In this document: positions 49,447-61,355 of the stretch, piece after piece
How the letters are laid out: each line of letters starts with the position of its first letter
How positions within the stretch are numbered: position 1 is the stretch's first letter
Source of the DNA: Octopus sinensis
Taxonomy: Eukaryota
Assembly (NCBI RefSeq): GCF_006345805.1
Contig: NC_042998.1
Span: 169,694,001 to 169,758,000, forward strand
DNA length: 64,000 nt
Direction of reading: 5' to 3'
Translations under genes and position numbers: made by a program
Notes under the pieces: generated by a model
Databases searched by the model: none
What the model saw: the letters and a program-made list of their open reading frames with translations, nothing else
What the model was told of the DNA's origin: nothing

Positions 49447-51516
49447 TTAAAGTCATTCCAGCTGTGACTACCCCATCGTTTGGTATGTCCAAGAGCGCAT
49501 TATTCCACGCGCTTTTCCTAATTTAAGACAGTATGGAGTGATTTGAGAGAGAGATTACTAGGTTGCTGTTTCTTGTAGCTTGAGCGACCACTTAGAGGTT
49601 CTCCTCAAAGATTTCCTTAATTCCTTACACTTTAACGTGCTTGCTCACATTATCAGTATCTGTGTTGTATATTTTTGAAATGTTATTAGTTTAAAATCAC
49701 AAATAAATAAATCTACTCTTCCTCAAGTCTTTTACAGGTGAATAATTAACTTCAAGATAGTCATTTATATAAACGTAATAACTTCAAGATCTTTTACGTA
49801 TTATTTTATTTCAAATGAGTTTCTGTTTTGAGCAGTTAAAACTGATATCTTTTTATCTTGTAATAAGTTTTCTTTTATTATGAAATCTAATCACGATAGG
49901 GTACCTTTCGTCACAAAAAATGTTTGATTTGAATGCCGTAAAGGAGTAAATTACTGTTTATACATCTCTAATGTACAAGTATCCTGTACAAATAAAATAA
50001 TAGTCAGTGTTAGTACATAAAAGATTTTTTTAAAATTTCAATCTTTTATCTAGTTTTCTAGATTTTTTTTTTTATTACGAATTTTCACGAAATTTTTTCG
50101 ACCCTGTTTTCCGTATAATGGAATTAATATGATTATGACCCCCTCCCCTTACTTTCCACTGTTTTTCTATATATTTTTTAAAATTCTTGTTTTTAAAATT
50201 AGTGTTAGTATCAGGGTCCGATTCTGTCATTCGTTTCTCTTTATAATTTTTTAAATACATCGAAATCAAAAGTGAAAAACTTTTTAAACAATCGCGCATG
50301 CGCGCGTATGAGAAAATCATTTACTATCAGAAAATTGTTATTAAAATAAACTATCTGTAACAGTTTCTGTCTACCAAGTCCACTCAGTAGAAGACACTTG
50401 ATCAAGGTGCCACACAATGGGACTGAACCCAAGTTGCAGGTAACCCTTCTTTACCCTGTTATCATATAGTCCAAGTATCCAAAACTTCACCAACTTCATT
50501 TTCCTCTTATAAAGAAGGCTTTCATTTTTAGCAAAAAGTCAATTGACAGTCTTCACACTTTTTCACATAACCCTGGATTTCATATGTGAAACGCCAGGGA
50601 CAAACTGCATGTCCATGAACAATATTAGCAGACAGACAGCTGTCTAGTGGTACGAATATTGCAGGGAAATAGGTACCTAAAAATTATTGATAGACAAGAA
50701 GAAATTAGGTGGACCGAATCATATAGTTCAGGTAGATGAAAGCCTTTTTAAGAGTGAAAATGAAGTTGGAAGAGTGGTGAAGAAAGGTTACCAGCAACTT
50801 GTTCCTGACTGAAAACATTTTGTGAAAATTCATAAAAATAAAAAAAAAATGTTATGAGGGATTTCAACATGTGCTTACATCATAACTCCTACGTTTGGGG
50901 GAGTGGTGACGATGTCAATTTTAAATGTACATTTTATCACTCTCGTTTTCTTTTAGAGTTATGATGTAATTTGGTTGAGTCATTTTAAATAGAACAATAG
51001 ACAATAGTTTGCTGTGTTACTTTTGTTTATTGAGTTAACCATATGGTATGAAGTCATTTTCAAGATCTATAGGTGCAAGCATGGGTGTTTAAGAAGCTTG
51101 CTTCCCAACCATGTGACCTTGGGTTCAGTCCCATTGTGTGGCACCTTGATCAAGTGTCTTCTACTGAGTGGACTTGGTAGACAGAAACTGAAAGAAGCCC
51201 ATCTTGTATGTGTTTGCTTCCCCATAATTTAGCAGTCCAGCAAAAAAGGTATCAGGTTTAAAAACTAAGTGTTGGGGTTGATTTCTTCGACTAAAAGGGG
51301 GTGCTCCATCATGGCTGCATTCTAATGACTGAAACGATGTGAGTTTCTATGCTATCAGTCCACATTGGAATCTTGGGCAAGAATGCCGAATCCTGAATTC
51401 AGTTCACATATATGGGATGTGTGTGTGTATATATATATATATATGCATGCACATATATACTCTTGTCTATACACACACAAGTATATACATGTGTGTGCAC
51501 ATTATATATATGTATA

Positions 51517-52097
51517 CTAGCAGCTAAGCCCAGTTTCACCTGGTTGGTTTGGATGATGTGGTTGACTGTAAAACCTGCTGTGTAAGCATTCGACTTAGGT
51601 TAAAAAACAATTTTAGAATGACTTTTTTCTGTCAAAACACTAAAAGTAACTGACCAACAAAAAAAAAAGAAAATCAAGATTCAACCGAATGAAAAAATAA
51701 ACCCTAATACTAAGTGAACAAAGATGAACCATCCCACTTCCACTGCACACACACACACATTCACATACCCCCCCCCCCATTACATACACACATGTATTCA
51801 GAGTTGAAATGCTGCTTGATTTATTTTTTCAGCATACAATTTTCATCATCCCACTACCAAGTATGACATTATTCCTTCTTTCCTTATTCATCTATCACTC
51901 CTTCCTTTCTCATTCATAAGCACAAGAGTATTATTATAGTAGATTATCTTGGTAATCATGGGAACTATGAAAAAATACAAAGCCCAGCATCACCACTGGA
52001 TCATTCTACACATCTAATTTTTCATACAATTCCACCCAACCGTTTGACCATGAATCCCAAGACAAAGAATCGCCCATGTCAAATTTATATGTATAGA
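51517..52097 (-). mobile_element. Non-autonomous Helitron (581 bp) on the minus strand
   Basis: Minus strand starts A|TCTATACATATAAAT at 52097 and ends ccaggtgaaactgggcttagctgCTAG|T at 51517. Confidence 0.75.
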
Positions 52098-52726
52098 TTG
52101 ATATATATATATCAATGTATATATGTTTGCACTGGGTATGACTTTAAACTGCACCAAGTGGTGAGGTTCCAGTTTGGGGGTTTTAGAGAGCATGGAGTCA
52201 CCACTTAGCCCTTAATTACCATTACTCCCAGGTCTGTTCTGACTCAGAGCAGTAGTACCCATCAGAGTTCCATCTATGGGTTAAATAGATTTCACAGGGG
52301 CAGCGGAGGCTCTTGTTATTTTGACAAAGCCATGGGGAAGGCAGCTTTTCTAGGAGACTTGCAATAGAATGGATTCTACTAAAGGCACCAATACCAAGAG
52401 GTGATGGATTAAGTTTACTCCCCAAGAACCAATGTGGCCCATTGACCAAGCTCAACACAGTCTCCTATCCAAATTCACTAATATGACGTGAGAAAACTAA
52501 AAAAATAAATGTTTGTGTTTGTTATTCATGTCAATTTAATCATCACCACCAAAATCAGCATTTAATAACTGTTTTCCATCCTGGCATGGCCAGGGTCCAC
52601 AGTCTGTTTTTGCTTGGTTTCTATGGCTGGATGCCCTTCCTAATTCCATTAAAAGTACTATTATTTGATTTTTGTGGAAATAAACATTATTAATATAAAA
52701 CCTCTTTTTCAGATTACAATTCTTGA

Positions 52727-52820
52727 ATGATGAGGACCACCACTGCTGAAAAATTGGCTAAACTTCAAAAAACACCTCAAAACATCCGTAACATTTGTAT
52801 TTTAGCTCATGTTGATCATG
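52727..52820 (+). CDS. EFL1: EFL1 coding exon 1: [31 protein letters not shown](G)
   Basis: Acceptor tttttcAG 52711-52712; donor G|GTAAGT; phase 1. Carries the start of the G1 motif. Confidence 0.92.
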
Positions 52821-53131
52821 GTAAGTAATGCTGATAAATTACTTAAAGCCACTGAACTGTGTTTAAATTCATTGAGTGTGTAGTATTTAGTATTATACAC
52901 CAATATTTCTGGACATTGTTATTGTCTTAGTTGTTATAGTCACAATATTCTGGCTGTTGTGCCCTCTGGTGTACTTAGATGCCTGTTGTATTCAATAATG
53001 CTCTTACTGTTTATTTAATCCATGGGGTTAGATTGTTGTCCATAACACAGATACTCTTATATTAGATGTTTTCCTGTTTGTGATATTGTTTGCTTACTTC
53101 ACTTGAACCAAAGCATGTATGCATAGATGTG

Positions 53132-53173
<42 letters not shown>

Positions 53174-53174
<1 letters not shown>

Positions 53175-53290
53175 GAAGGGCATCCAGCTGTAGAAACTCT
53201 GTCAGATCAAGATTGAAGCCTGGTGTAGCCCTCAGTCAAATCGTCCAACCCATGCTAGTATGGAAAGCGGACGTTAAACGATGATGATAT
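53174..53290 (+). mobile_element. RTE-type 3'-tail repeat (gaagggcatccagctgtagaaac...catgctagtatggaaagcggacgttaaacgatgatgat)
   Basis: Many copies, e.g. about 9730-9870(-), 13880-14060(-), 16090-16190(-), 21285-21480(-), 23670-23830(+), 40845-41070(-), 52555-52650(-), 55490-55690(-) and 61675-61790(-). Confidence 0.7.
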
Positions 53291-54417
53291 ATATGAATGC
53301 ATGTGTGTGTATATATATGTATGGGGAGAAAGACAGAACAGCAGTAATTGAATGTTCATCCGGTGAGTAAATTAAAGTACTTAACCAATACTGATAGTAA
53401 ATATAAGCATTGATTATATTCACTATGTCATGTCCTGCAGAACAATTATGAGATGTAAATTAGGAACTTTAAACCTAACTTCTTTTTTACTTTTTATAGT
53501 TACACATTTAATGTTCTTACTCTTTTCATTAAAGATACCAATATGGTGTTCGTTTCTATGCTAGCCCTACTGAAGAACTTATCAAAGCCTAGTTCACAAT
53601 CTATCTCTTTGAGCCATTTTATCTCTGAATGTTGTTTCTTATCTATTATTTTGACTTTGTTTCACATGAGTTGGCAATTTTCCTTTTTCCTCCATAATTG
53701 ATCAGCCATGCCTTATTGCTTTTGCCCCCCCCCCCCAGCATTAGTGTGGGTACTCATGCCACCTAAAAAGCACTGGTGATAATACCACATAAAAAGCATC
53801 TAGTACCCTCTAGTTAGAGATCAGCTCTTCTTTATGCAGCTGTCCTCATCCATATGCACTATGAAACAACACTGAAAAATAAGACCAAGAACCCTTCCAT
53901 ATGCTTTCATAAGTTTCTCAGTATACTTATAGAGATGAACACCAAACACGTGCCTTTAATTAAGAAAGGACACTGTTTTCAACCATACAAAAAATAAATA
54001 AAAAGTTGGACTAAAAGTTCTTAATGTCCATAACCTAATTGTCCTACAGCACAATGGACATTGGATATAAGTGTTGATTGTTGTTCATATTGAGAGACTG
54101 CTCTCTAACTGGATGTCTGAGCATAGTTGTTATGTCTGTTTCAGATATATTTTATAATATAGTTTAGTCAAAATCTATATTGTGTTGTAAGAGAGATGAC
54201 TGTATCTAGATAATTAAATAGTTATATACACCTATGTGTTAGGGCTCTAAAATGGGCTCTTAGTATTATTTCTTTTTATTGTAAGTTTGATTTCTCTGTG
54301 TGTGCACACACATACATACATAAATATGTATTTAAAATATTTCTTTTAAGTTTTGTTAGATTTGAATATGAAGGAAAAACCCAATAGCCATGTAATATAT
54401 TTTTGTGTGTGTGTATG

Positions 54418-54448
<31 letters not shown>

Positions 54449-54678
54449 TGGAATTTTATATTTTTTATATTTTATATTTTTTTAATTAATTTTATTTCTA
54501 TGTATTGGCTTATAATTTTCACTGTTTGATTTGCCTAATAGCGGTTTTATCTCTAATTTAATATAATATATATATATATATAAATAACAATAATCTTACA
54601 GTTATTTTATATTAACAAAATATATTTGCGTTATGTAGCTTAATTTTTCCATCTATATTATGTATAATTTTTTTATAG

Positions 54679-54746
54679 GAAAGACTACCTTGGCTGATTA
54701 TCTTGTGGCTAGTAATGGCATCATTTCCCAGAGGATGTCTGGAAAG
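54679..54746 (+). CDS. EFL1: EFL1 coding exon 2: (G)KTTLADYLVASNGIISQRMSGK
   Basis: tttatAG acceptor and AAG|GTAATC donor; completes AHVDHGKTT. The NGIIS motif is diagnostic of EFL1 rather than eEF2. Confidence 0.95.
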
Positions 54747-56163
54747 GTAATCATTTCTGTGTTTTTTTTTCATGAATTTTATCTTGTTTTATGTTGTTGC
54801 TCATGATCCATCAACTATCATACCACTGAACTAACAAGCTGTGTACCACTCCTGCCATAAGCCACCCAGGGCACCTACATTCATGTTGCATTTCAGTATT
54901 GACACCTTGTACAAAACTCTATGGTTAATCCATTATCCCCAAATCTGCAGCCTTCTGAGATTCTCTTCCAGCCAACATCTTTCCCTACATGTATTAACTT
55001 AAATATAATTGCATTGGACTGGTAAGGCTAAGGATATTCTTCTTCTTAGTGTTGTGAAATAAAAACAAAATTCATCTTCTTCTGACCTGTGTTGGATAGG
55101 TTTATGCATCATCTTACTTTCTAATTTTTCTAATTGTCATGAAATCTATATGAAAATGCAATGCTTATTCATTCATGTTATTTTTAATTTAGTTTGTCAA
55201 AATATTCTTGTGGCTTTGAAACCATGACCCTTCACTGACAAAATTCGGAATTTCAGCGCATGATCTCAGATCAAATCACTTGTTATGCAAGTACATCTCT
55301 GTAAATCTAAATGTAAATGATTAAAAGCCACATCATCTCGGAATAGCTCTCTGTAGTGAAGACGTTTTAGAGTCTAAACTACTCAAGGTTAAGACATCTT
55401 TTAGCCTTCACATTTATTTTGGTATTTTAAAGGTAAACTGGTAAATGAGTATTTTATACTTGTATACTTGTATGAACTGAAACCAAAATATCATCACCAC
55501 TTTGCCATGCTTACATGGGTCAGATGGAATTTGCAGAGGCAGATTTTTCTGTAGCTTGATGCTGTTGCTGTCTTTAACCCTCACCTGTTTTCAAGTAAGA
55601 TATTTCCCAATGGTCAGACATGTTTTTTATGGAGGACTGGAAACAAACAAAATCACTTGTATAACAGTGACACTTGCTTACAACCATCACATGATGTCAA
55701 GACATTGTGTGTGCTGGTATTTCCTTTGATAGATGGAAGGGAAATATATACATGGGTATATTTCTACCAAACCTACTCACAAGGCATTGGCCCAGAGCTA
55801 TAGTAGAAGTACCTAAGGTACTGTACTGTGGGACTGAACCTGAAAACGCATAGTTGAGAAGCAACTACATGGCCATGTCTGCATCTATAGATTGTGTTTG
55901 AATTTTTAACAAAAATATCATCACAAGTCTTTTTATTTTTGAGATTATCTATTCTCTTCAGGTCTTATATTTATTTATATATTCTGAATGTAATAAAGAA
56001 CTAGCTTACAAATAAGTTCACAATATCCAAAATGCATTTCTTTATCCTGGTTTTAATTAGTTTTTGTATCAAACTATTTAATGCATTTGGTGACAGTAAA
56101 ACAATTTTTGTTTTAGAAATATCACTGTATTTTAGTAATAAAACTTTGTTTTGAAATTTGTAG

Positions 56164-56248
56164 ATCCGTTACATGGACAGCAGAGAAGATGAACAGTTAC
56201 GAGGGATTACTATGAAGTCCAGTGCAATTTCTTTACATTATGTACATG
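56164..56248 (+). CDS. EFL1: EFL1 coding exon 3: [28 protein letters not shown]
   Basis: ttgtAG acceptor and G|GTATGT donor; RGITMKSS switch I motif. Confidence 0.95.
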
Positions 56249-57280
56249 GTATGTTAACTTAATTTTCTTTTCATACACTACAAAAACAAAAGTTTATTAT
56301 AATAATTCCAGAACTTTAACTGGCACTCCTTTGGTTATGATAAGAGTTCCAGTTGATTTGATCAGCGGAGCAGCCTGCTCGTGAAATTGTGCAAGTGGCT
56401 GAGCACTCCACAGACATGTGTAGTAGTTTTCAGAGAGATTCAGCGCAACACAAAATGTGACAAGATTGACCCATTGAATTACAGGTACAACTCATTTTTG
56501 CCAACTAAGTGGACTGCAGCAATGTGAAATAAAGTGTTTTTCTCGAGGACACAATGCACTGCTGGAAATTGAACTCACAACCTTGTGATCACAAGCCTAG
56601 CCACTAAGCCACATGTCTTCATTTAGAGAACTAATTGTGTTCCTAGTTTCCAGAAACTATTTGCTGAGCTATCCATAGTTGGTATTTCCTGAATACTCTC
56701 AAATATTCATCATTTATCACATCACTCTTAGTTCCCTGTCAGTACCACAGATCCTCCTGCATTTAATACACTAGTAAATTCTTATCAAATCACTACATGC
56801 AGCAGCATTAGACTTTTAGCATCAATAATCTATAACGTATTTGTTATTTCTTTGCCTTCATGTCCTTCGCTTCCTCATTAATATTCTTACTAACTTCAAA
56901 TTCCATTGAGATTGACTTTGCCTTTCATCCTTTTAAGGTTCAATAAAATGAGTACCAGTGAAACACTAGGGTTGATGTAATCAATTTGCCCCAAAACTTC
57001 TACTGTTACAACACTATTGTTTCTGTTAGGGCTAAGTTCTTCCAATCCAGTTTATATTCTGCTTTTAACAACCTCTTATAGTAACATATCCAATGAGAAA
57101 TACTGGTGTGCATAGAGGCTGTGGTCATAGTGTAACAAACTTTAAAGTGATCAAACTAGTTTTCCTCTGCTATAGATTTCCTTTCATCATCATCCTCAAG
57201 GAATATTTATTGAACAAAATACCTTTTGGCTTCCACATCTTCTTTATCCAAGTTATGATTTTTCATTTAGACCTTCCTTA

Positions 57281-57584
57281 GTGGAGGCACATGGCCTAGT
57301 GGTTAGAGCAGCAGACTCGCGGTTGAGGGATCGCGGGTTCGAATCTCAAATGCGATGTGTGTGTTTATGAACGAAACACCTAAGCTCCATGCAGCTCCGG
57401 CAGAAGATAATGGCAAACTTCTGCTGACTCTTTCGCCACAACTTTCTCTTACTTTTTCCTCCTGCATCTTGCAGTTCATCTGCGACGGACCGGCGTCCCA
57501 TCCAGGTGGGGAAGCTATATGCCAAGGAAACCAGGAAACCGGCCCTTATGAGCCAGGCATGACTTGAGAAGGAACAAACAAACC
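57281..57584 (+). mobile_element. tRNA-head SINE, core A + tail Y, about 15-bp TSD
   Basis: Flanks catttagaccttcctt (57264-57279) / catttaaccttcctt (57585-57599); (ACAA)n end. Confidence 0.85.
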
Positions 57585-58015
57585 CATTTAACCTTCCTTG
57601 CATTCAGTCTAAGCACATTGACCGCTATTCTATGTTCACATTTGTGAAGGCACGTGGCTTGGATATTTGGCTCACAATAGTAAAGTTGTGAATTCAATTC
57701 CCAGCAGTGTGTTGTGTTTTTGGGCAAGAAACTTTAATTCTTGTTGCTCCAGTTACTCAACTGGCAAAAATGAGTTGTATCATGCTGAATTCCCTGAAAG
57801 GGTATGTGTGTCTGGAATGCTCAGCCACTTGCACATTAATTTCGTGAGCTGGCTGTTCGGTTGATAGCATCAACTAGAACGCTTGTTATCATAACTGACA
57901 GAGAGCCAGACATTGAGGAAACGATTTGTCCACAAATATTTGATAATCATTTTTCTTTATCTTGACAAAGTTTTCATTTTAATTAAGTCACTAAATGGGT
58001 TCTCTTTTATTTCAG

Positions 58016-58149
58016 AACAAGAGGATTATTTGATAAATCTAATTGACTCTCCTGGACATGTTGACTTTTCTAGTGAAGTGTCGACAGCTGTACGTCTTTG
58101 TGATGGTGCTATTATTATTGTTGATGTCATTGAAGGAGTCAGCCCACAG
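58016..58149 (+). CDS. EFL1: EFL1 coding exon 4: (E)[44 protein letters not shown]
   Basis: tttcAG acceptor and CAG|GTCAGT donor; G3 motif DSPGH. Confidence 0.96.
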
Positions 58150-58850
58150 GTCAGTATCTTTTCATTTTTCTTTCTGTTTCAAAAATATTGAAACTTTTTC
58201 ATGGTTTTCTGCTTTATAAAATTTACAGGTGCAGGCTTAGCTGTTTGGTTAAGATGTTTTCTTTGCAACCAAGTAATTTCAGGCTCAAACCTGCTGCATG
58301 TTACTTTGGGCATATCTCTTCTTTCTACCATGTATTTGTGTTTATTAGTAATTTCTTAGTGGAATTCTGTGCTGAAGTTCATATGTATATCTTTTAGTGA
58401 TGTATACCAGTGAAGGATATAAAAATGAGTGAGAAAACTGAAAAGCTGGTGTTTCACAAATGAAGCCCTTTGAGATATTTGTTCTGCATCAAGTTAACAA
58501 ATAGTTCCTTATCACGCTCACTATTAGAAATCCAGAGAATTTGTGGTTGATTTCTTGAAGATCTGTAACCAACAATGCTCTTTTCACTAATTACTATATA
58601 AAGTAAATAGAATCATGAATTATATTCAAGTGGTTTAAACAGCTGATAGATTTTGTAAGGAAAATTTATTGCAGAATATTATTACATAGAAGTTGAAGGT
58701 GGTGAGCTGGCAGAATTGTTTGCATGTTGGACAAAATGCTTAACAGCATTTCTTCAGACTGTATATTCTGAGTTCAAATTCTGCTGAGGTCAGACTTGCC
58801 TTCCGTCCTTTTGGGATCAATAATATATGTAACTATAGGACACTGGGGTT

Positions 58851-59096
58851 GTGGAGGTGCGTGGCTTAGTGGTTAGGGTGTTGAACTCGTGATTGTAAGG
58901 TTGTGGTTTCGATTCCTGGACCGGGCGATGCGTTGTATTCTTGAGCAAAACACTTCATTTCACGTTGCTCCAGTCCACTCAGCTGGCAAATATGAGTAAT
59001 CCTGTGACAGACCGGCGTCCTGTCCAGGTGGGGAATTTCTACGCCACTGAAACCGGGAAACCGGCCTTTATGAGCATGACATGGCTTGAGAAGGAA
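58851..59096 (+). mobile_element. tRNA-head SINE, core B + tail Y, nested in a family-B SINE, 11-bp TSD
   Basis: TSD acactggggtt (58840-58850) / acattggggtt (59097-59107). The host SINE resumes at gatgtaatcaac. Confidence 0.85.
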
Positions 59097-59732
59097 ACAT
59101 TGGGGTTGATGTAATCAACTTGTCCCCTCTCCTAGATTTGCTGGCCTGACACCAAAATTTGAAACCAATATTACATAGAAGTTAATGTAAAGTAAAGCAA
59201 AGCTTGCTCTCTGTAATATTGTATGGTTGTAGAGTGGATAAATAGGACTGATATTCTAAATATAAATTTAATCTTTGCCATCTAAGGTTATGATTTTCGC
59301 CAAGCAATAACTGTACCTTGGATGATGTTCAGTCTATGTATATATCTCTCATTCTTGCTTTAATAGTCACTATAAACTCCATAGCATTTAAACTTGCCTT
59401 ATCCAATCCAAATATTCTATTTTTGTTCAAACTTGTCAGATCTGACCTCTCACACTTACCCTACAATGTTGTAAAAATAAAAAACTGTGTCATCAAAATC
59501 TCATATCAATGAGATAATGCATGATTAATTTAAAACAATGTGAATAAATGAGCATTGCATTCAACAATAATCTAAATGCTAAAGGGTTGAAGCTGGAAAA
59601 AATACATTTAGTTAGTTTATTTAAATTAGTTTCAGAAGTTATATAAATGAATCTCTGAACAAGTTAAAATATTGTCTTTACTAGATCTCATTATAATACT
59701 CATTGTGTTGTTGCTCTAATTTACTTCTTTAG

Positions 59733-59870
59733 ACTCATGCTGTGTTACGGCAAGCCTGGCAGGAAGGTATTAAACCAGTGTTGTTGCTCAATAAAATTGA
59801 TCGACTGATACTTGAACTCCACATGGAACCTCAAGAGGCATATTTACATCTTCGGCAGATTCTGGAACAT
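59733..59870 (+). CDS. EFL1: EFL1 coding exon 5: [46 protein letters not shown]
   Basis: ctttAG acceptor and CAT|GTAAGT donor; G4 motif NKID; 46 codons in frame. Confidence 0.95.
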
Positions 59871-60097
59871 GTAAGTTTCTCTGCTTTTAATAACGTCTCT
59901 AACTCCTGATAGAATTCATATCTTGAATGTTTCAAATAGGTGCAGGTGTGGTGGTGTGGTAAGATGCTTGCATCTCAACCACGTAGTTCTGGATTCAGTC
60001 CTACTGTGGGGTACCTTGGGCAAGTGTCTTTTGCTATGGTCTGTCCAAAGCCTTGTGAGTGGATTTGGTGGACAGAAACTGAAAGAAACTCGTCAAG

Positions 60098-61355
60098 TCT
60101 ATACATATATAAATGCAAGTTGTCTGTTTGTGTCAAGTTGTTGTCTACATCCTTTAACGAATTTTCGTGAAACTTCGCAAACATGTTGAAGTAATATCCA
60201 GTTTGTTACTAGACTCATTGAAGTTTAATAAAAATCTATAATTAGATGGCTAGGGCCCCTAAAAGAGTTCACACACACACACACACATATTATAGGGAGA
60301 GTACTTTAACAACCAAGGGAAATAACCCATTCATTTTCCTAGCCAAGGGAGATAACCCATTCAATTTCCTTTGCATCAAATGGTTCCCCAGGGAAATTCC
60401 ACGGGACGCGTACGAAACATGACGGTTACTCACTTTACAGGCGCCGAAAACCACAAGATGGTAGAAACACTAACAAGCTCAAAGTTAATGGTCAAGGAAT
60501 AGAAATTGACAATAGGTAGATCGTGCCGGTCAAAAAGTATTAAATATGTATGTAAATACATCAATAAGGGCTCAGATATGGTGGTTTTTGGAGAATAGGA
60601 GGGCAGGTAGGCAGATGAAATCAGTAATATAAGGTGGGCAGGTATATTTCCTCTAACGAGGCAAAGTGGCACATTCTGATCTTCGAAATCCACGAGTGGC
60701 ATCCAGCAGTGGTGAATCTATCTGTACATCTTGAAAATGGCCAGCGTGTATATTTCACAGAAGACCATGCTCAAAACATATTTCTGAATCTACCAGAAAC
60801 CACTTTGAGAGCTTTCTTCAAATTATGCCAATGTCATCTGTTTGCCTGAACACTGTTGTATGTTGAGGTTCCTGTGTACTATATCAGTGCACACAATAGA
60901 TGGGCCAAACACAAGTAAGGATCACTTGTTGAGGACTGGGGAAGGACATGCTGTTATCAGAAGTGAGGCCACTGGGTAGGTGTACACTGTGCTCCCTAAT
61001 CAGCAGAAGTACTTCTTTCTGCGTCTACTGCTGCACACTGTCAGACCTTCGAAGACACAATGGGGAAGTTTGCATGACCTGCAGAGAAGCCTGCGTCAAA
61101 CCTGGACTACTGGAGGACAATGTTCACGGGGACCACACACTGGAGAAAGCAGCAGTCAGCAGAGCACCAAGTCTACTGCTCCGGTTATTTTCTATCATGT
61201 TGATGACCTGTGGCTTGGGTGAACCACTCAAGCTTTGGGCGACCCATAAAAACCAGTATGGCAGAGGACATCCTACAAAGGATTCAAAGGCAAACCTCAG
61301 CGGAAATTGCCACGTTCAATAACGCTGTTTAGAATGAGGCAGTACTTGACCTGGA
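60098..61355 (+). mobile_element. Helitron derivative carrying a Rep/helicase (RepHel) coding fragment, nested in a family-A SINE in an EFL1 intron
   Basis: Helitron-type 5' end TCTATACATATATAAATG; RRKPQDG, IDNR*IVP and KSIKYVCKYINKGSD (Rep tyrosine motif); HPAVVNLSVHLENGQRVYF; FFLRLLLHTV; TCREACVKPGLLED. No canonical 3' CTAG seen. Confidence 0.85.

Noticed and set aside
50293-50304. CGCGCATGCGCG palindrome (NRF1/Ewg-type motif) as the EFL1 promoter
   Set aside because: A single motif in sequence that looks like a DNA-transposon fragment, with no adjacent donor. The 48540-48820 candidate fits better. Not excluded without CAGE or ATAC data.
57520-57560. GAAACC.GGAAACCGGCCCTTATGAG in SINE tail Y (also at about 59050-59075)
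   Set aside because: Resembles permuted hammerhead parts, but there is no room for stem I and the core is CTTATGA. Better explained as a 3' stem-loop with a GAAA loop.
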